64,000 nt of DNA from Vitrella brassicaformis CCMP3155 (taxonomy: Eukaryota > Protista > Chromerida): contig CDMY01000217.1 in NCBI GenBank assembly GCA_001179505.1, forward strand, positions 62,001 to 126,000, written 5' to 3'. The number at the start of each line of letters is the position of its first letter. Position 1 is the stretch's first letter. The notes beneath the pieces are model-generated. The model saw only the letters and a program-made list of their open reading frames with translations, had not been told where the DNA came from and did no database searches. This document shows, in pieces, positions 1 through 11,276 of this stretch. Both the position numbers and the translations under genes were made by a program.

Positions 1-87
1 TACTCTCACCGACCGAGAGAGCGAGCGACCGATAGCCATCCTCTCTCTCTCTCCTTTCCTTCCCTGGTCGTCGCTTGGTGCGTGCAG

Positions 88-877
88 CCTTCCAGAAGAA
101 GCTGCTCGACGCGTGCAAAGCCCAGAACATCGACCTGAAGCTCAATGTCAAAGCCGACCTGTCCACACCGGCCGTCCAAGAGCAGCTTGCCCAGAAGGGC
201 TATGCCACCGGAGACCTCCCCATCACCCTCTCTGACGGAGAGGTCATCCAGGCTGACATGGTGATTTCCTGCATCGGCGCCACACCTGGCGGACAAACCC
301 TTGAAGGCGTCACGTTGGACGGGAAGGGCGCGATCAAGGTCAACGAGCACCTGCAGGTGGAAGGCTTCGACGCGGGCAATGTGTTCGCCATCGGAGATTG
401 CACCAACACCCAGGAGCTGCGGCTGTCCGGCACTGTAGGCCACCGACTGGGAGAAGGGAAGGAAGAATGTTTTTCCTTACTCTCTCTCTGTGTCTGTGTC
501 GTTTTGTTTTTCAGGCGGCAGGGAAGTACAAGATGGGCATGATGGGGGCGACGGGCAATGCTGACGTGGTGTTTGACAACATCAAAGCCATCGAGAAGGG
601 GAAGAAGCCGTCAGCCAAGATCGTGCAGCCGCCCAAGACGGCGATGATGATCGTCCCTGTCGGCACACACGACAAAGTACGCTACGCCTGTCGTGTGTGT
701 CTGTGTCTCGCTGTCTCAATGTGTGTGTGTGTGTGTGTGTGTGTGCAGAAGATGGGCGCGGTGGTCGCTCCGGTGCCTAACATGAGGCACGGGACGCTGA
801 TGGGGTTCAAGCAGAAGGACTACTTCCTGAAGATTCAGAGAGACATCATGAACGCACCCCTCTCAGCCAAGAAATGA
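88..877 (+). CDS. 3' part of an FAD/NAD(P)H pyridine nucleotide-disulphide oxidoreductase (AIF/AMID-like); 5' exons lie upstream of the window
   Basis: Exons 88-434, 515-676 and 749-877 join in frame over GT-AG introns. Motifs ADMVISCIG and GAIKVNEHLQVEGFDAGNVFAIGDC are the second FAD-binding region of the Pyr_redox_2 family. Confidence 0.8.
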
Positions 878-1002
878 CCAACGATCAGTGAATGGACAAC
901 GGGAACAATGTAATGAACACACACATGACAGCGTGAGCATCATGTGTCTGTGCGTGTGAGTGAGAGAGACAGGCACACACAGTCTGCCTGCCTATCTGCC
1001 TG

Positions 1003-1316
1003 TCTGTCTCCTTCTTTACGCCCGCGTGGCCGTCTTGTGGTTTGTTTGGCTTGATTTCGGTGCGCCCGTGTCGATTGTTCCTGTCTGTCTGTGTGCGGTG
1101 CATTCGGACGGACAGGGGGTGAGGGTGTGGCGCGGCCATGAGGTCGATACACACACACATCTGTCTCCTTCTTTACGCCCGCGTGGCCGTCTTGTGGTTT
1201 GTTTGGCTTGATTTCGGTGCGCCCGTGTCGATTGTTCCTGTCTGTCTGTGTGCGGTGCATTCGGACGGACAGGGGGTGAGGGTGTGGCGCGGCCATGAGG
1301 TCGATACACACACACA
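1003..1316. repeat. Tandem direct duplication, 2 x ~157 bp
   Basis: TCTGTCTCCTTCTTTACGCCC...AGGTCGATACACACAC occurs at 1003 and 1160, apparently identical. Confidence 0.9.
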
Positions 1317-1344
1317 GAGAGACAGAAAGAGAGAGACGACGAGT

Positions 1345-1527
1345 GGACAATGAGCTCATGTCGAGACCCAATCACAGCCATCCACCAACATACACATTTT
1401 CCCCTCCAGACACGCTGCCCTACCTCCCCGCCACCGCCCCCTCCACCCACTGATCCCCTCGGCCGACGTCGATCTTTGGTGGGCCGGCCAGGGGAAATGC
1501 CCGGCCAGTGAGAAATGCCACACGTCA
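1345..1527 (-). pseudogene. TLDc-domain gene relic
   Basis: The minus strand reads DVWHFSLAGHF, then a frameshift before PTKIDV, and GR* where paralogues have GRE. DNA resembles 55440-55530. Confidence 0.7.
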
Positions 1528-1998
1528 GTCAGTTTGTTGTGTGCATATGTCCGTGCGTTTGTTCATTGACGTCATGCGCCTTTCGTCCGTCTGAGTGAAG
1601 GTGTCCGTCCACTGCCCGTCCAGCCAGGCTTAATCAAGTCACACAGACAACCCATGTCAGGTCAGCCAGGCAGCCAAGCGATCAAAAACAGACGGGCGGC
1701 GGAGAAGGATACGAAACAGCAGCTGTCTCTTTGGCTGGGTGCGTGTGTGCGGCGTTCGCTCCAGCTCTATCTATCTATTCGCTTGGCTCGAGACAGACGG
1801 AGTGGGTCCTCACAGTGGGAAAAATAAGATAAATTCCCTTTGTGTCTGCCTTGGTCTTGACCTTGCAGCTGTAGCCTTTCTTGCAGCGCTGCAGAGGGCC
1901 GCAGGTTTCCAAGTGGTCGCCTTTTGTCTGCAAACACACGTACGTGTGTTGGCTACGTCATCGTCATGCACGAGTCATCATCAGTGCTTTCCCCCCTT

Positions 1999-2975
1999 TC
2001 AATTCCTTGCCTTGCATTTTCCAACATCATGGCGCCGGAGCGTGTCAGGGTCGCACTCGTGGTAGCATTTCTCTCCCTTGTTGGGACACTCCGAGTCGTT
2101 CTTACACTCACCTGAGGGCAGCCACACACAAACAGTCATCAGAGACAACGACAAGAACACACACACACACACACAGAGACATGAATGGCGAGGCGGTGGG
2201 TGGTGGATGGATGGATGGAGCATACCTACCTCTCGCGATCCGCTCTCGCTTCTGCTCTCGCTTCCGCTGTCTCCTCCACTCGGCCTCTCTGCCCCGTTCG
2301 TTCCACGACGATTGCCCGGAACCCCCGCCGCCTTCCTGGGCGCAAGCAGCGAACAGACAAACCACCACACACAGTGGGTGATTGAGCGAGTCCATCGCAT
2401 TTACGCATCATCCCTCACAGAGTCTTTCAGGGCATGGTAGACGGCGGCGCCCCCGCCAGCCGGTTGGTTGGCCTTCAGAGCGGATGAGTCATGACCGTAG
2501 TACGCTGTATCCGTGGCATGCACACATAACCCGATCGTGCGCGAGTGTGTTTCCATTGGCGACACACAGGGAGAGATGCTTTTGTACTTACCTATGCCCC
2601 TGATTGCACCGAGCTGCTGCTCTGCCTTGTCGATGGCCTCCATGGCTGAGGCGGCCAGCTTGCTGCTCGACTGGAGCAGCTGCTGGATCTGGTCCAGCTG
2701 CACGGTGGACAACTCACCAGCTGCACACACACAAAAGAAAGACGTGTGTCTAAACTGAGGTGTTGCTCTGCATGTACATATGTGTGGACCTTGGCGGCCT
2801 GCCGTGCTGTCGATGAGCTTAAAGGAAGCCTCTGCAGTGATGCCAGAGATGCCATATGTACTTTGGCCCCTCCCCTGGTATTGGCCCATGCATGCCAACC
2901 GTTGATGGCCTTGACGGCGTTGCAGACGATGAGACCACAGAGGGCCACCAGAAAAGCCTCAGACATCTGATTCAT
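1999..2975 (-). CDS. Hypothetical small secreted protein (signal peptide, helical segment, Cys-rich tail); exon joins partly unresolved
   Basis: N-terminus MNQMSEAFLVALCGLIVCNAVKA; internal exon ELSTVQLDQIQQLLQSSSKLAASAMEAIDK; last exon ECKNDSECPNKGEKCYHECDPDTLRRHDVGKCKARN* follows the acceptor at 2112. Confidence 0.4.
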
Positions 2976-3529
2976 GCCTGGTTGACGGAAAGAAAAGCAG
3001 CGGTCAGCCCCAACAGATGGAGACGCCCCCAACGCCCCGGCTCGGGTGCAACCCATGCACCCCGCCGCCGACCGCGTCACACTCACAACGCTCGATCAGC
3101 TGTTGAAAGGGGCACAAATGCCGCCTGCAAAAGCTCACCTGAGATGCAGCAGGTGCATTGAGTCGATGGGACCCCACGCGAATGCGTGTCGTCGAACTGT
3201 TACGAGGGGGGAGGGGGCCCCCGAGTAATGGGAGGCGATCGGCCAGACGGAGAGCATACGAAATTTCCGGGCAAGAAATATGCACATATTTTTCGAGAGT
3301 GATTTTTGCTCGCCTTGAGGTAGAGTGAGGTTGTGTACGTATTTTAGAAGGGCTGGACAAGAGGAGACGGCAGAGATTTTCGGCGGAATTCACGTGTGGT
3401 GCACGGAAACTGGCTTTGCTCCAAGTTTATCGTTCTGTTTGCTGAGTGCATGCGGCGACCGCTGAGGAACAGGAAGGCTGCAATTACAAAGGCTTCGACG
3501 AGAAGAGCAATGCAATCCCCCCCCCCCCC

Positions 3530-3829
3530 NNNNNNNNNNNNNNNNNNNNNNNNNNNNNNNNNNNNNNNNNNNNNNNNNNNNNNNNNNNNNNNNNNNNNNN
3601 NNNNNNNNNNNNNNNNNNNNNNNNNNNNNNNNNNNNNNNNNNNNNNNNNNNNNNNNNNNNNNNNNNNNNNNNNNNNNNNNNNNNNNNNNNNNNNNNNNNN
3701 NNNNNNNNNNNNNNNNNNNNNNNNNNNNNNNNNNNNNNNNNNNNNNNNNNNNNNNNNNNNNNNNNNNNNNNNNNNNNNNNNNNNNNNNNNNNNNNNNNNN
3801 NNNNNNNNNNNNNNNNNNNNNNNNNNNNN
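3530..3829. other. Assembly gap (300 N)
   Basis: N run preceded by poly-C. Confidence 1.
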
Positions 3830-4184
3830 ACATAATGCAAGTTGACGCGCTGCCGTTCACCCACCGCGAGCTCCGCCAAAGCTCGCCGCCATCCTCTTCG
3901 ATCATCTAAGTGAGTCAGTCTCTTTGGGTCTCAGAAGCGATGGAAGGGATATATTTAATAAGCTGTGCAGACAGACAAACAGCTCGTCCGTCATATATAC
4001 ACACACATCCACAGAGCCCTCCTGCACATGGGAATGTCTGTGCAGCGCGGGATGGGGAGAAGAGAGCAATCACATGACAGGCACCTGACACACACAGACA
4101 CACATCCTCCCCCTCCCTCCGTCAGTGACCTACCGCTCTCATGCCCCGCCCACGTCGAGAAGCGGATGCACCCCAAACAGACAC

Positions 4185-5479
4185 TCACTGCCCACCCACG
4201 TGCAGCACCTCTATCTCATCCGCATGAAAACAGACCGAGCCGCCCAGCAGAGCATGGCCATCGCTATTCCTCTCCCCGACATAGCCCGCAGTCAAAAAGT
4301 CCCTGTCGGTGAGCTGTGCACAGCTGCGGATGTCGGCAGCCGGCCTGCCACTGCCACGGCCGTCACCCAACAACAGGTCCCCACTGATGTACACTTTCCC
4401 ACCCCACCCACTCCCCTCCCTCCCCGCCACTATCACATACTGCACCGCTCGGTCGACGTCTATCTTGGTGGGCTTGGGGATGTGGCCGGCCAGCGAGAAA
4501 TACCACAAGTCACACTCGTACCAGTTGATGTCGGTGGGTCCGTCGGGCAGCTCCAGACCGGCACTGATGAAGGCGCCGAAAACGTACTGGTTCTTGCGGA
4601 TGATGAAGGCCAGGCCGGTCTTGTCGCCCACACACCGCAGCAGATCGCCGTAAGTGGTGCCGTCACGCGACGCCCTGATGCACACACATATCAATGACAC
4701 ATCAGATGGCCATATGTGTGTGTGTGTGTACCTGTAGATGAGTGTGAGTGATGTGTGGCCCCCCAGCCACTTGGCGATGTGCGCCACATACGACAGGCCG
4801 ACGGAGCTGCCAATGGGCCAGCAGGGACGGCCAGCGACAAATGACACACCCCGAGGGCCGTGCGCCCAGGCGAAGGCGGCCCTACACACACATGGGGACC
4901 ACACAGCTGTGTATCATCTCTTTGTGTGTGTGGGTGCCGTGTGTCTGTGTGTGTTTACCTGCAGACGGGGCAGATGGCGCCGGGTGTCCGTATCTAATGC
5001 GCTGCACAACACACTGAAGGACAGAGAGGACACACAGATGAGTGAATGGCTCCACCGCCATCCATCGCCACACTCACACACAGAGATCGTCCTGGATGCT
5101 CACCTCTGCACACACCGAATGGCCTGAAGGGACACAGAGGGCACACCACCACACCAAATGCCTTAGCCTGTCCGTCAAATGGTGTGCTGCTCACCGTCCA
5201 CTCTCAGTACGCTGCCGCTGTTGTCCTTGCCACATCGGCTGCTGCACTTGGCCGCCACTGCTGTCGATGGCGATGCTTCGCCAAAGAGGCCGTACTTGCG
5301 ATTGTTGACACACTGCCAGTGGAACTGATGACCTGCACCACAAACACAGACAGATCAAACATGCCTTCACTGGATGGATGGATGTGGTGGCTCACTGACT
5401 GACCACATGGCATCTTGTTGGCCGCCGATGAGCTACCAGCAGCACCACCAGCGGCAGCGGCAGATGAGGAGGCCGCCAT
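4185..5479 (-). CDS. TLDc-domain protein 1, no signal peptide, with Cys/His-rich RING-like N-terminus
   Basis: Seven exons join in phase: MAASSSAAAAGG...MPCG/HQFHWQC...KCSSRC...GHSVCAE/CVVQ...LIYR/ASRDGTTYGDLLRCVGD...YVFGAF...WYFSLAG...FHADEIEVLHV*. These are the YRASRDG, FGAF and EIEV hallmarks of TLDc. Confidence 0.8.
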
Positions 5480-5768
5480 CACCGAACCAACACGCCTGCA
5501 GTGACTGATGAGCCGACAACACACAGAGAGAGAGAGATGCACACAGACAGACAAAGAAGGTCAACGCACTGAGGTGACTGAATGGGTCAGTGAGTGTGTG
5601 GCCTCCCTCTCACCTCTGCTGTCTGTCAGCTCAGCGGCCCGCCATCCCACCACAGCACTCGACAGGGCGGCGGTGTGACGGATGACTCCACTGATCCGCT
5701 AAGCGGTTCTCTCGGCCGAATGCCTCACACACTCGCAACGCGCACACACAAACGCCGCCAACAGCTCG

Positions 5769-5813
5769 TAGGGTTCAGGGTAGAAAACCCTACCCTTTAA
5801 CCCTTCAAACCCT
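5769..5813. promoter_or_regulatory. Telomere-like inverted repeat containing a telo-box (AAACCCTA), copy 1
   Basis: TAGGGTTCAGGGTAG-AAAACC-CTACCCTTTAACCC. A regulatory role is inferred only. Confidence 0.35.
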
Positions 5814-6418
5814 CTGGCTGTGCCGCCCTGCCCAATTTGGCCCTTAGCCTTTGTCGGCTCCTTGTCAGCCCTCCTCACGGTCCACTGCACGAGATCTGTC
5901 AACTGTCCTCACCCTTCCCTCCCTCTCTGCCTCTCTCTTGTGGTGTGGTCGGCCGACCCACGCACAGGCGGGGCGGCTGCTGGCGCCACACTCCGACAGA
6001 CAGACAGACAGACAGACAGACATCGGTGCGGGCGGTGTGGCAGTCAGTCAGGTGAGCGACCAGCGAGTGACACGCCGAGGTGATGCATGGCGCTGTGATG
6101 ACGGGTGGTGGTGGTCATCTGTCTGTGTGTGTGGTGGGCTGCAGATGTCGTGTGGCGGTGCGGGGCGGCGGTGCCTGGCGACAACACTGCACTCGACCAA
6201 CTGGTACGCAGAGAGATGGGCACACACACACATTGGGACACTGGCAGGACTCACACACACAGATGTCTGTCTGTCTGTCTGTCTGTGTGTCCTCAGTGTG
6301 TGTCTGTCTGAGTGGCTCTCTGATGGCTTCGACGCGCTGACGGCGATGATGTGTGCTGAAGGGAGAGAGATCGGCCGATGAGCCGACGGACGGGCTGACT
6401 GGACTGAACTGACTCTCT

Positions 6419-6718
6419 NNNNNNNNNNNNNNNNNNNNNNNNNNNNNNNNNNNNNNNNNNNNNNNNNNNNNNNNNNNNNNNNNNNNNNNNNNNNNNNNNN
6501 NNNNNNNNNNNNNNNNNNNNNNNNNNNNNNNNNNNNNNNNNNNNNNNNNNNNNNNNNNNNNNNNNNNNNNNNNNNNNNNNNNNNNNNNNNNNNNNNNNNN
6601 NNNNNNNNNNNNNNNNNNNNNNNNNNNNNNNNNNNNNNNNNNNNNNNNNNNNNNNNNNNNNNNNNNNNNNNNNNNNNNNNNNNNNNNNNNNNNNNNNNNN
6701 NNNNNNNNNNNNNNNNNN
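6419..6718. other. Assembly gap (300 N)
   Basis: N run inside repeat R. Confidence 1.
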
Positions 6719-8975
6719 GGCATCTGAATGTCGTCCGCAACCTTAGAGCGTCAGCCCGTGAAGGGTGTTGGTGCTTTAGGGTTGCCGGGCAGCGACAGAG
6801 ATGCGCACAGAGGGGCGGGCGGGGGAATGGACACACAGACGACTGCTTACCCATCACACCCACTCGTGTTGACGGATTGACGCAGTCTGCGTGGGAATGA
6901 GAGAGAGAGAGAGATATGGGACGGGCACACGAGAGTAGAGGAAGGTTAGTCTCGTTCGGTGAGCCTGCCATTCGGTCCGCTGTTTGGCTGCCTGTTGGTG
7001 TCAGTCATGGTGCACTCGGCTGTGAGTCATGTGTGTCTGTCTGTCGGTGTGACTGAGTGGGGGCGATGATGTGCGCTGAAGGGAGAAGGATCGGCCGATG
7101 CGCTGACCCCTTCCCAATTAGTACTGACTGCCTGGCCTTAGCTGACATCTCTCTGTCTCTCCCTTTGTTTCTCTCTCGTGGCCCTTTTGCGTGTGGGTGT
7201 CGGTCGTCGACTGACGGACGACAGACAGCCGGGCAACACGAGAGCTCATTATGCGGCGGTGTGCGGCGGTCTGATGATGCGCTTTGGTGTCTGCGAGCAA
7301 TGGTACACCGACAGACACACAGAGAGGGAGGGACACACAGACGGACAGAGAGGTAGGGGCGGCCGATGACGTCTGTGTGTCTGTCTGTGTGTGTGTGTCA
7401 GGTGTGGTCGGTGTGCTGATTCACTCGCTGGAACAAAGCCACACGACGGCCGAGCGGCTGCCGCTGTGAGATCGGCCGATGAGTCGACGAGCTGATGTCA
7501 GTGAACTGACTGTCTGTCTCTCTGCCGCGTGGACGGCATCGATGGACTGACGGCTGTCGTGTTTATGAGAGTGTGTTGTGTTGTGGGGCTTTGCGTGTCG
7601 GTCGGTCTGGCTGCCATTGTCATTGCTCTGTCACCTCCCACTCCTCGGCCGTCAGCTGCCATGAGTGTGTCGGCTGATGAGTGGGGGGCGGGGGAGAGAT
7701 GACAGACAGACAGACAGACAGAGAGGGAGGATTGGCTGGCTGGCTGCACAAAGGAATCGCTGTGTGGCGTGGCGGTGGCCGTCTGTCTGTGCGAGAGGTG
7801 TGTTGGACGGCTGCTCGCGAGAGTGTGTTGATCTCTCGTCGATGCATCCGTCACACACGGCCGGCTCACAGACAGACAGGCCGACACACACATACTGATA
7901 TCTCTATCTGTTCGCCTGAGAGGAAGAGAGTCTTGTGGTTCTTCCTTCCTCTCCCTCTCTGTGAGCATCTGTGTTGTCGTCCAGTAACCACAGAGCGTCA
8001 GCCCACGAAGGGTGTTGGTGCTTTGGGGTTGCCGGGCGGTGACAGAGATGCGCACACAGGGGCGGGGGAGGGAATGGACACACACACGACTGCTGACCCA
8101 TCACACCAAATGAGGCGGTGGATGGGTCCTTTTGCCAACCGTCCTGACGTCGATGTGTTTTGATATCTGCGACACAGACAGACAGACAGACAGACTGGCG
8201 GGCCGACACACACATAGCCTACCTGTTGGCCTGGCCTGTTGTGGCCAGCTGTGTTCTGTTTGACAACGAGGTGGTTTGTGTCCGTAGGGGACAGACAGAC
8301 TGACATAAATGGGGATGGATGGATGGATCTCATGTGACGCTGGCTGGGGTGGGTGGGTGCTGACGCAAAGTGAGAGAGAGACGTCGGTTTGGTTTGCCTG
8401 CGTATGTTGGTGTTGGCGCCGCCACCTCGCGCGCAGATAGTTTCTTGCCAAATGGCTACCTGTTGATGTATGTCGATATGAACGCAATGCGAAGATCTGT
8501 TTTGTGTGTGATGGCCCACCACACAGACAGACAGACAGACAGACACCGGCGTGTGGATGTTCTCTTCTGTGCCTCTCTGTCACTTTGCTGTCACTTCCCT
8601 CGTCTGCCGGTGTGTGATCTGCCTCTTCCTTACGGCCATATGTGTGTTGATGTCATGGCTCCAATGTGATAAGTGGGATACACACCGAGAGACAGACAGA
8701 CAGACAGACAGCCGAGAGAGATGGTGCTTCAAATCGGTTTTCCTGCGTCGCACCTGTGAAGTCGTCGGGTAACGTGAGAGCATCAGCCCGTGTCCGGCGT
8801 CGGTGCTTTTGGGCTGCCGGGCGGTCACACAGGTGCACACAAAGGGGAGGGGTGCATGTCGGCCGACACGGGGTCATCAGCGGCCTTGTGTGTGTCGCTG
8901 TCATGGCTCAAATGTGATCGGTGGGACACAGACAGACAGACAGACAGATAGACAGACAGGGAGGAGTGGCTGGCT

Positions 8976-9275
8976 NNNNNNNNNNNNNNNNNNNNNNNNN
9001 NNNNNNNNNNNNNNNNNNNNNNNNNNNNNNNNNNNNNNNNNNNNNNNNNNNNNNNNNNNNNNNNNNNNNNNNNNNNNNNNNNNNNNNNNNNNNNNNNNNN
9101 NNNNNNNNNNNNNNNNNNNNNNNNNNNNNNNNNNNNNNNNNNNNNNNNNNNNNNNNNNNNNNNNNNNNNNNNNNNNNNNNNNNNNNNNNNNNNNNNNNNN
9201 NNNNNNNNNNNNNNNNNNNNNNNNNNNNNNNNNNNNNNNNNNNNNNNNNNNNNNNNNNNNNNNNNNNNNNNNNNN
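8976..9275. other. Assembly gap (300 N)
   Basis: N run inside repeat R. Confidence 1.
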
Positions 9276-10329
9276 GCCGCTGTGAGATCGGCCGATGAGT
9301 CGACGAGCTGATGTCAGTGAACTGACTGTCTGTCTCTCTGCCGCGTGGACGGCATCGATGGACTGACGGCTGTCGTGTTTATGAGAGTGTGTTGTGTTGT
9401 GGGGCTTTGCGTGTCGGTCGGTCTGGCTGCCATTGTCATTGCTCTGTCACCTCCCACTCCTCGGCCGTCAGCTGCCATGAGTGTGTCGGCTGATGAGTGG
9501 GGGGCGGGGGAGAGATGACAGACAGACAGACAGACAGAGAGGGAGGATTGGCTGGCTGGCTGCACAAAGGAATCGCTGTGTGGCGTGGCGGTGGCCGTCT
9601 GTCTGTGGTGCGGCCGGTGTGACGTCTGCTTGCGAGAGTCTGTTGATCTCTCGTCGATGCATCCGTCACACACGGCCGGCTCACAGACAGACAGGCCGAC
9701 ACACACACACACATAGTTTGGCTGAGAGAGAGAGAGAGAGAGTATTGGTTTTCCCCCTCTCTGTGAGCATCTACGTTCTCGTCTGGCAACTCGAGAGCGT
9801 CAGCCCACGAAGGGTGTTGGTGCTTTAGGGTTGCGAGGCGGCGACAGAGATGCCCACAGAGGGGCGGGCGATTGAGATGGACACACACGGCTGCTTACCC
9901 ATTCCACCAAATGAGGCGGTGGATGGATGGTGTTTGGTGTTGCTGTGGTGTGAGATTCGTGTGTCGGTGTGCTGTGCGTCCTGATGTCATGCTTGTATAC
10001 CCACACAGACACAGACGTGTTGATTGATGGATCGATGTGTTTTGATGCATGCCGTTGTCGGTTTGGTTTTTCTCTCGTGTGATGTTTGTGTGTTGGTGAG
10101 CTGACTGTCGTCGATTCATTCGACGGACATTTGACGCCCCACAGACAGACAGACAGACAGCCATGTATCCTACCTGTTGGCCTGGCCTGTTGTCGCCAGC
10201 TGTGTTCTGTTTGACGAAGGTGTGTTTTGTCCGTAGGGGACAGACAGACTGACATAAATGGGGATGGATGGACCTCATGCAACGCTGGGGTGTTTCTGTG
10301 CCTCTGTTGAGTGAGAGAGACGTCGGTTT

Positions 10330-10696
10330 GGTTTGAGTGAATGAGTAAATGTGTTCGATGAGGGACGGGTGGGCAAGACATCGACAGACACACAGATGTG
10401 ATGAGCTTTGCATGGCGAGTCCATTGACGGACAAAGGGGACTGATGTGCACACCCTCTTGTGGTGCGTCCATCCAGCCAGCCAGCCAGTCAGTACAGCCC
10501 ATTATATACGCCGCACACACCCCATGCGGCGACTTGAATAAAGAAGCAACTGCATTTCTCCCCAAATCGTCTAATCCCCTCTGTTACACCACATGCACCA
10601 TGCACTAGGTGTGTTTATGTGAGGCACACAAAAGCGAATCGAACCTCCATAAAGCACTCATCTCATCGTACGCCAAATCGAAACGTTCCCCCTTCC
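10330..10696. repeat. Conserved 3' flank of secreted TLDc genes, copy 1
   Basis: GATGTGCACACCCTCTTGTGGTGC...AAAAGCGAATCGAACCTCCATAAAGCACTCATCTCA recurs at ~49280-49650 and partly at ~52700-52900. Confidence 0.85.
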
Positions 10697-11227
10697 TCAC
10701 CTGCTATTCCCCATCACGTGAAGCACCTCTATCTCATCTGCCTGGAAATACACCGACCCGCCCAGATAAGCCCTGCCAAAGCTGTCCCTCTCGCCCGTAC
10801 CGCCATCGTCATCCCTCGCCCCCGTGTAGCCCTCAGGCAGATAGCCGCTGTCGATAGACTGCCAGCAGCTGCGGATGTAAGGCCGGTAACCCAAATAAAG
10901 CCGCCCACCGATCTCCACATTCGCAGCCCCAGACAGACCCCCCTCCCTGCCCGCCACTACCACAAAGTGATCCCATTCGTCGATGTCAATCTTGGTCGGC
11001 TTGTCGAAGTGCCCGGCCAGCGAAAACCACCACAGGACACACTCGTACTTATGCCAGTCAGTCGGCTCGTCGGGCAGCTCCAGGCCGCAGTTGATGTGGA
11101 CGCTGAAGACATACTTGTCCTTTCTGATTACAAACACGAGAGGCTCTGCGTCGCCCACACTGTCCAGCAGGTCATCGTAGGTGGTGCCGTCCACAGACGT
11201 CCTACGCCAGACACACACACACACACA

Positions 11228-11276
<49 letters not shown>

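Larger units (their letters stand above)
5760..10330. repeat. Non-coding composite repeat array R (internally duplicated, microsatellite-rich)
   Basis: 5760-6418 resembles 12215-12790, and 7460-7900 resembles 9276-9700. The core GAGCGTCAGCCC(A/G)(C/T)GAAGGGTGTTGGTGCTTT(A/G)GGGTTGCCGGG occurs at ~6746, 7992, 8776 and 9794. Confidence 0.85.

Noticed and set aside
3390-3905. Long ORFs spanning N runs (also at 6.0-7.0, 8.8-9.3, 22.1-23.5 and 38.1-38.7 kb)
   Set aside because: They are open only because N codons contain no stops.
5950-10330. Many 60-200 aa ORFs rich in CVCV, THTH, QTDR and LSVC in R blocks and introns
   Set aside because: These are translations of (GT)n, (CA)n and (GACA)n microsatellites; frames are not conserved between copies.
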